The position numbers were made by a program, and so were the translations under genes. Below the pieces are notes generated by a model that was not told the origin of the DNA, did not search any database, and saw nothing but the letters and a program-made list of their open reading frames with translations. DNA of 63,568 nucleotides, the filler included, from Octopus bimaculoides (lineage: Eukaryota), in the NCBI RefSeq assembly GCF_001194135.2. It is 11 parts of 9 records of this genome, joined end to end, with 100 filler letters (N's around TTAATTAATTAA, not from the genome) between each part and the next. Parts side by side here need not be neighbours in the genome. Positions count along the whole stretch, not along the records: positions 60,776 to 63,568 come from NC_068982.1; 10 more parts are not named here. The stretch is one strand, 5' to 3'. This document shows, in pieces, positions 62,170 to 63,568 of the stretch (position 1 is its first letter; every line of letters begins with the position of its first letter).

Positions 62170-62890
62170 TCAAACATTCAATTTTGAAGATAATTTTTTT
62201 AATGAAAAGTAGTTCCATCGCTTTTCGGTATTGCGAATTGTCTCTTGTACATTTGGAAAAAGGGAAACATTTTGAATTTTCCGCCGCTGCATATTTCCAA
62301 ATGCTTACTTAATGGAATCTTGCGTAATTCCTCTTGTCCGATATGTGGATTCTTGCACGTTGGCAGGGGGAATTATTTGCTTCGCAAATGTAATTTTCTT
62401 TGTAGTTTGAACAAATAACGTAGTATATGATGTTTTGCATTTTGGAGTTATATCTGCATTTACTTTGAAAATAGATCTACTCTTGAATTTTACGTGGGAA
62501 CCAATTTCTAAGTATTTAAAGTTGTTGCTGTTGTTGCATGTTCCACATCTCCTATCTCCACATTCATTTACTAAGAATTCTGATTCATTCCCCGATTTGA
62601 ATTCTGTCCTTGTGAGGTGTCTTTTTAAGATCTTTTAGTTGGTGTCTACTATTCCGTAAGGTGTTTTTTTCAATCAAATTTATCATTTTGGTGCTTTGTA
62701 GGTGTATAGTTAAGTTCGATTTTATGGCGTGAAAGATACTGGTTCTTCCAGGACTGTGTGTGTTAACACACGGAATTATGTTTTCATTAGCTTTTACCTT
62801 AAGTGTCCGTAGTTGGGTGATGTTCAGTTTCATCGCTTTTTCAATTCCCTCATTTATTATTCCTAAGGTGCGAAACAAATAATTCCCCCT
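62170..62890 (-). mobile_element. Penelope-like element ORF 3' part: RT-thumb/linker, Cys motif and GIY-YIG endonuclease (frameshifted)
   Basis: IINEGIEKAMKL...IIPCVNTHSP...SIFHAIKSNL...NSRHQLKDLK, then CGDRRCGTC, NIIYYVICSNYKENYICE...RARIH (GIY-YIG) and KHLEICSGGKFKMFPF...MELLFIKKLSSKLNV*. Confidence 0.88.
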
Positions 62891-62893
62891 GCC

Positions 62894-62947
<54 letters not shown>

Positions 62948-63568
62948 CACACACATTGTAAACGATAAAATTATTCAATGAGGAGCATATAGATAGTCTT
63001 AACGTATAGCAGGTGAAGATAAATTTGTTTAAAGAGATGACATTAATGTCAATATGACTGTTTTGAAAGATTCTTCATGCAGTATACAAGAAATCATATT
63101 ATATGGTTGCATTAATATATTATTTTCAACAGTATACAATACAGTTGAATGTTCTCAAATTAATGCAAAAGATAGCTCATCAGATCACACACATATCATG
63201 ATTACCCTAATAGTTCAACTGGAAATTTACACACTGAATTCAATCTACTTATAATGCATAGAAACCAGAATTCGACATAATTACATAGATTAGTTTAGTA
63301 AGAAGAAAACAAAAAGGGAAAACAGAACGTGGTGTTATTCAGATTTCTTTTTTTATCGTATAAACGCCCCCCCCCCATATATATATATATATACGATTAA
63401 AAAGTGCATTTTGTGCAATAATTATGAAATCATATGATATGCAGCTGAGTCTGGATTAAAAGGCTCATTTCGAGAGTTGCATTCCCTCGCGTTCGGTACC
63501 ATGTGTTCATTATGGTAGTTTTGACTTTAATAGTCCCTCCCAACGTGAGGCATTTATGTATAGTAATG

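Overview
This is AT-rich, microsatellite-saturated, heavily gapped eukaryotic genomic DNA. It is most likely a coleoid cephalopod (Octopus), inferred from the tRNA-derived SINE families, RTE 3' tails and repeat density. I could not identify any intact protein-coding gene. The long ORFs in the supplied track are artefacts of N-gaps and (TA)/(CA) repeats. The recognisable content is decayed mobile DNA: three or four tRNA-derived SINE families; fragments of CR1, RTE and R4/Dong LINEs; two Tc1 elements with TIRs; a DD37D (maT-like) element; a mariner fragment; a hAT fragment; and a Penelope-like element (PLE) GIY-YIG fragment. There is also a tRNA-Pro pseudogene fused to an RTE tail. The most interesting signal is RNA-structural. 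A ~230-bp element, present twice and inserted in (TA)n, ends in a ~160-bp hairpin made of two back-to-back minimal type I hammerhead ribozyme motifs, one per strand. At least four further sequence-distinct hammerhead-like termini and a ~650-bp fold-back with the same skeleton also occur. Several very short, canonically flanked candidate exons on the + strand suggest the window may be mostly intron of an unidentified micro-exon-rich gene (low confidence).
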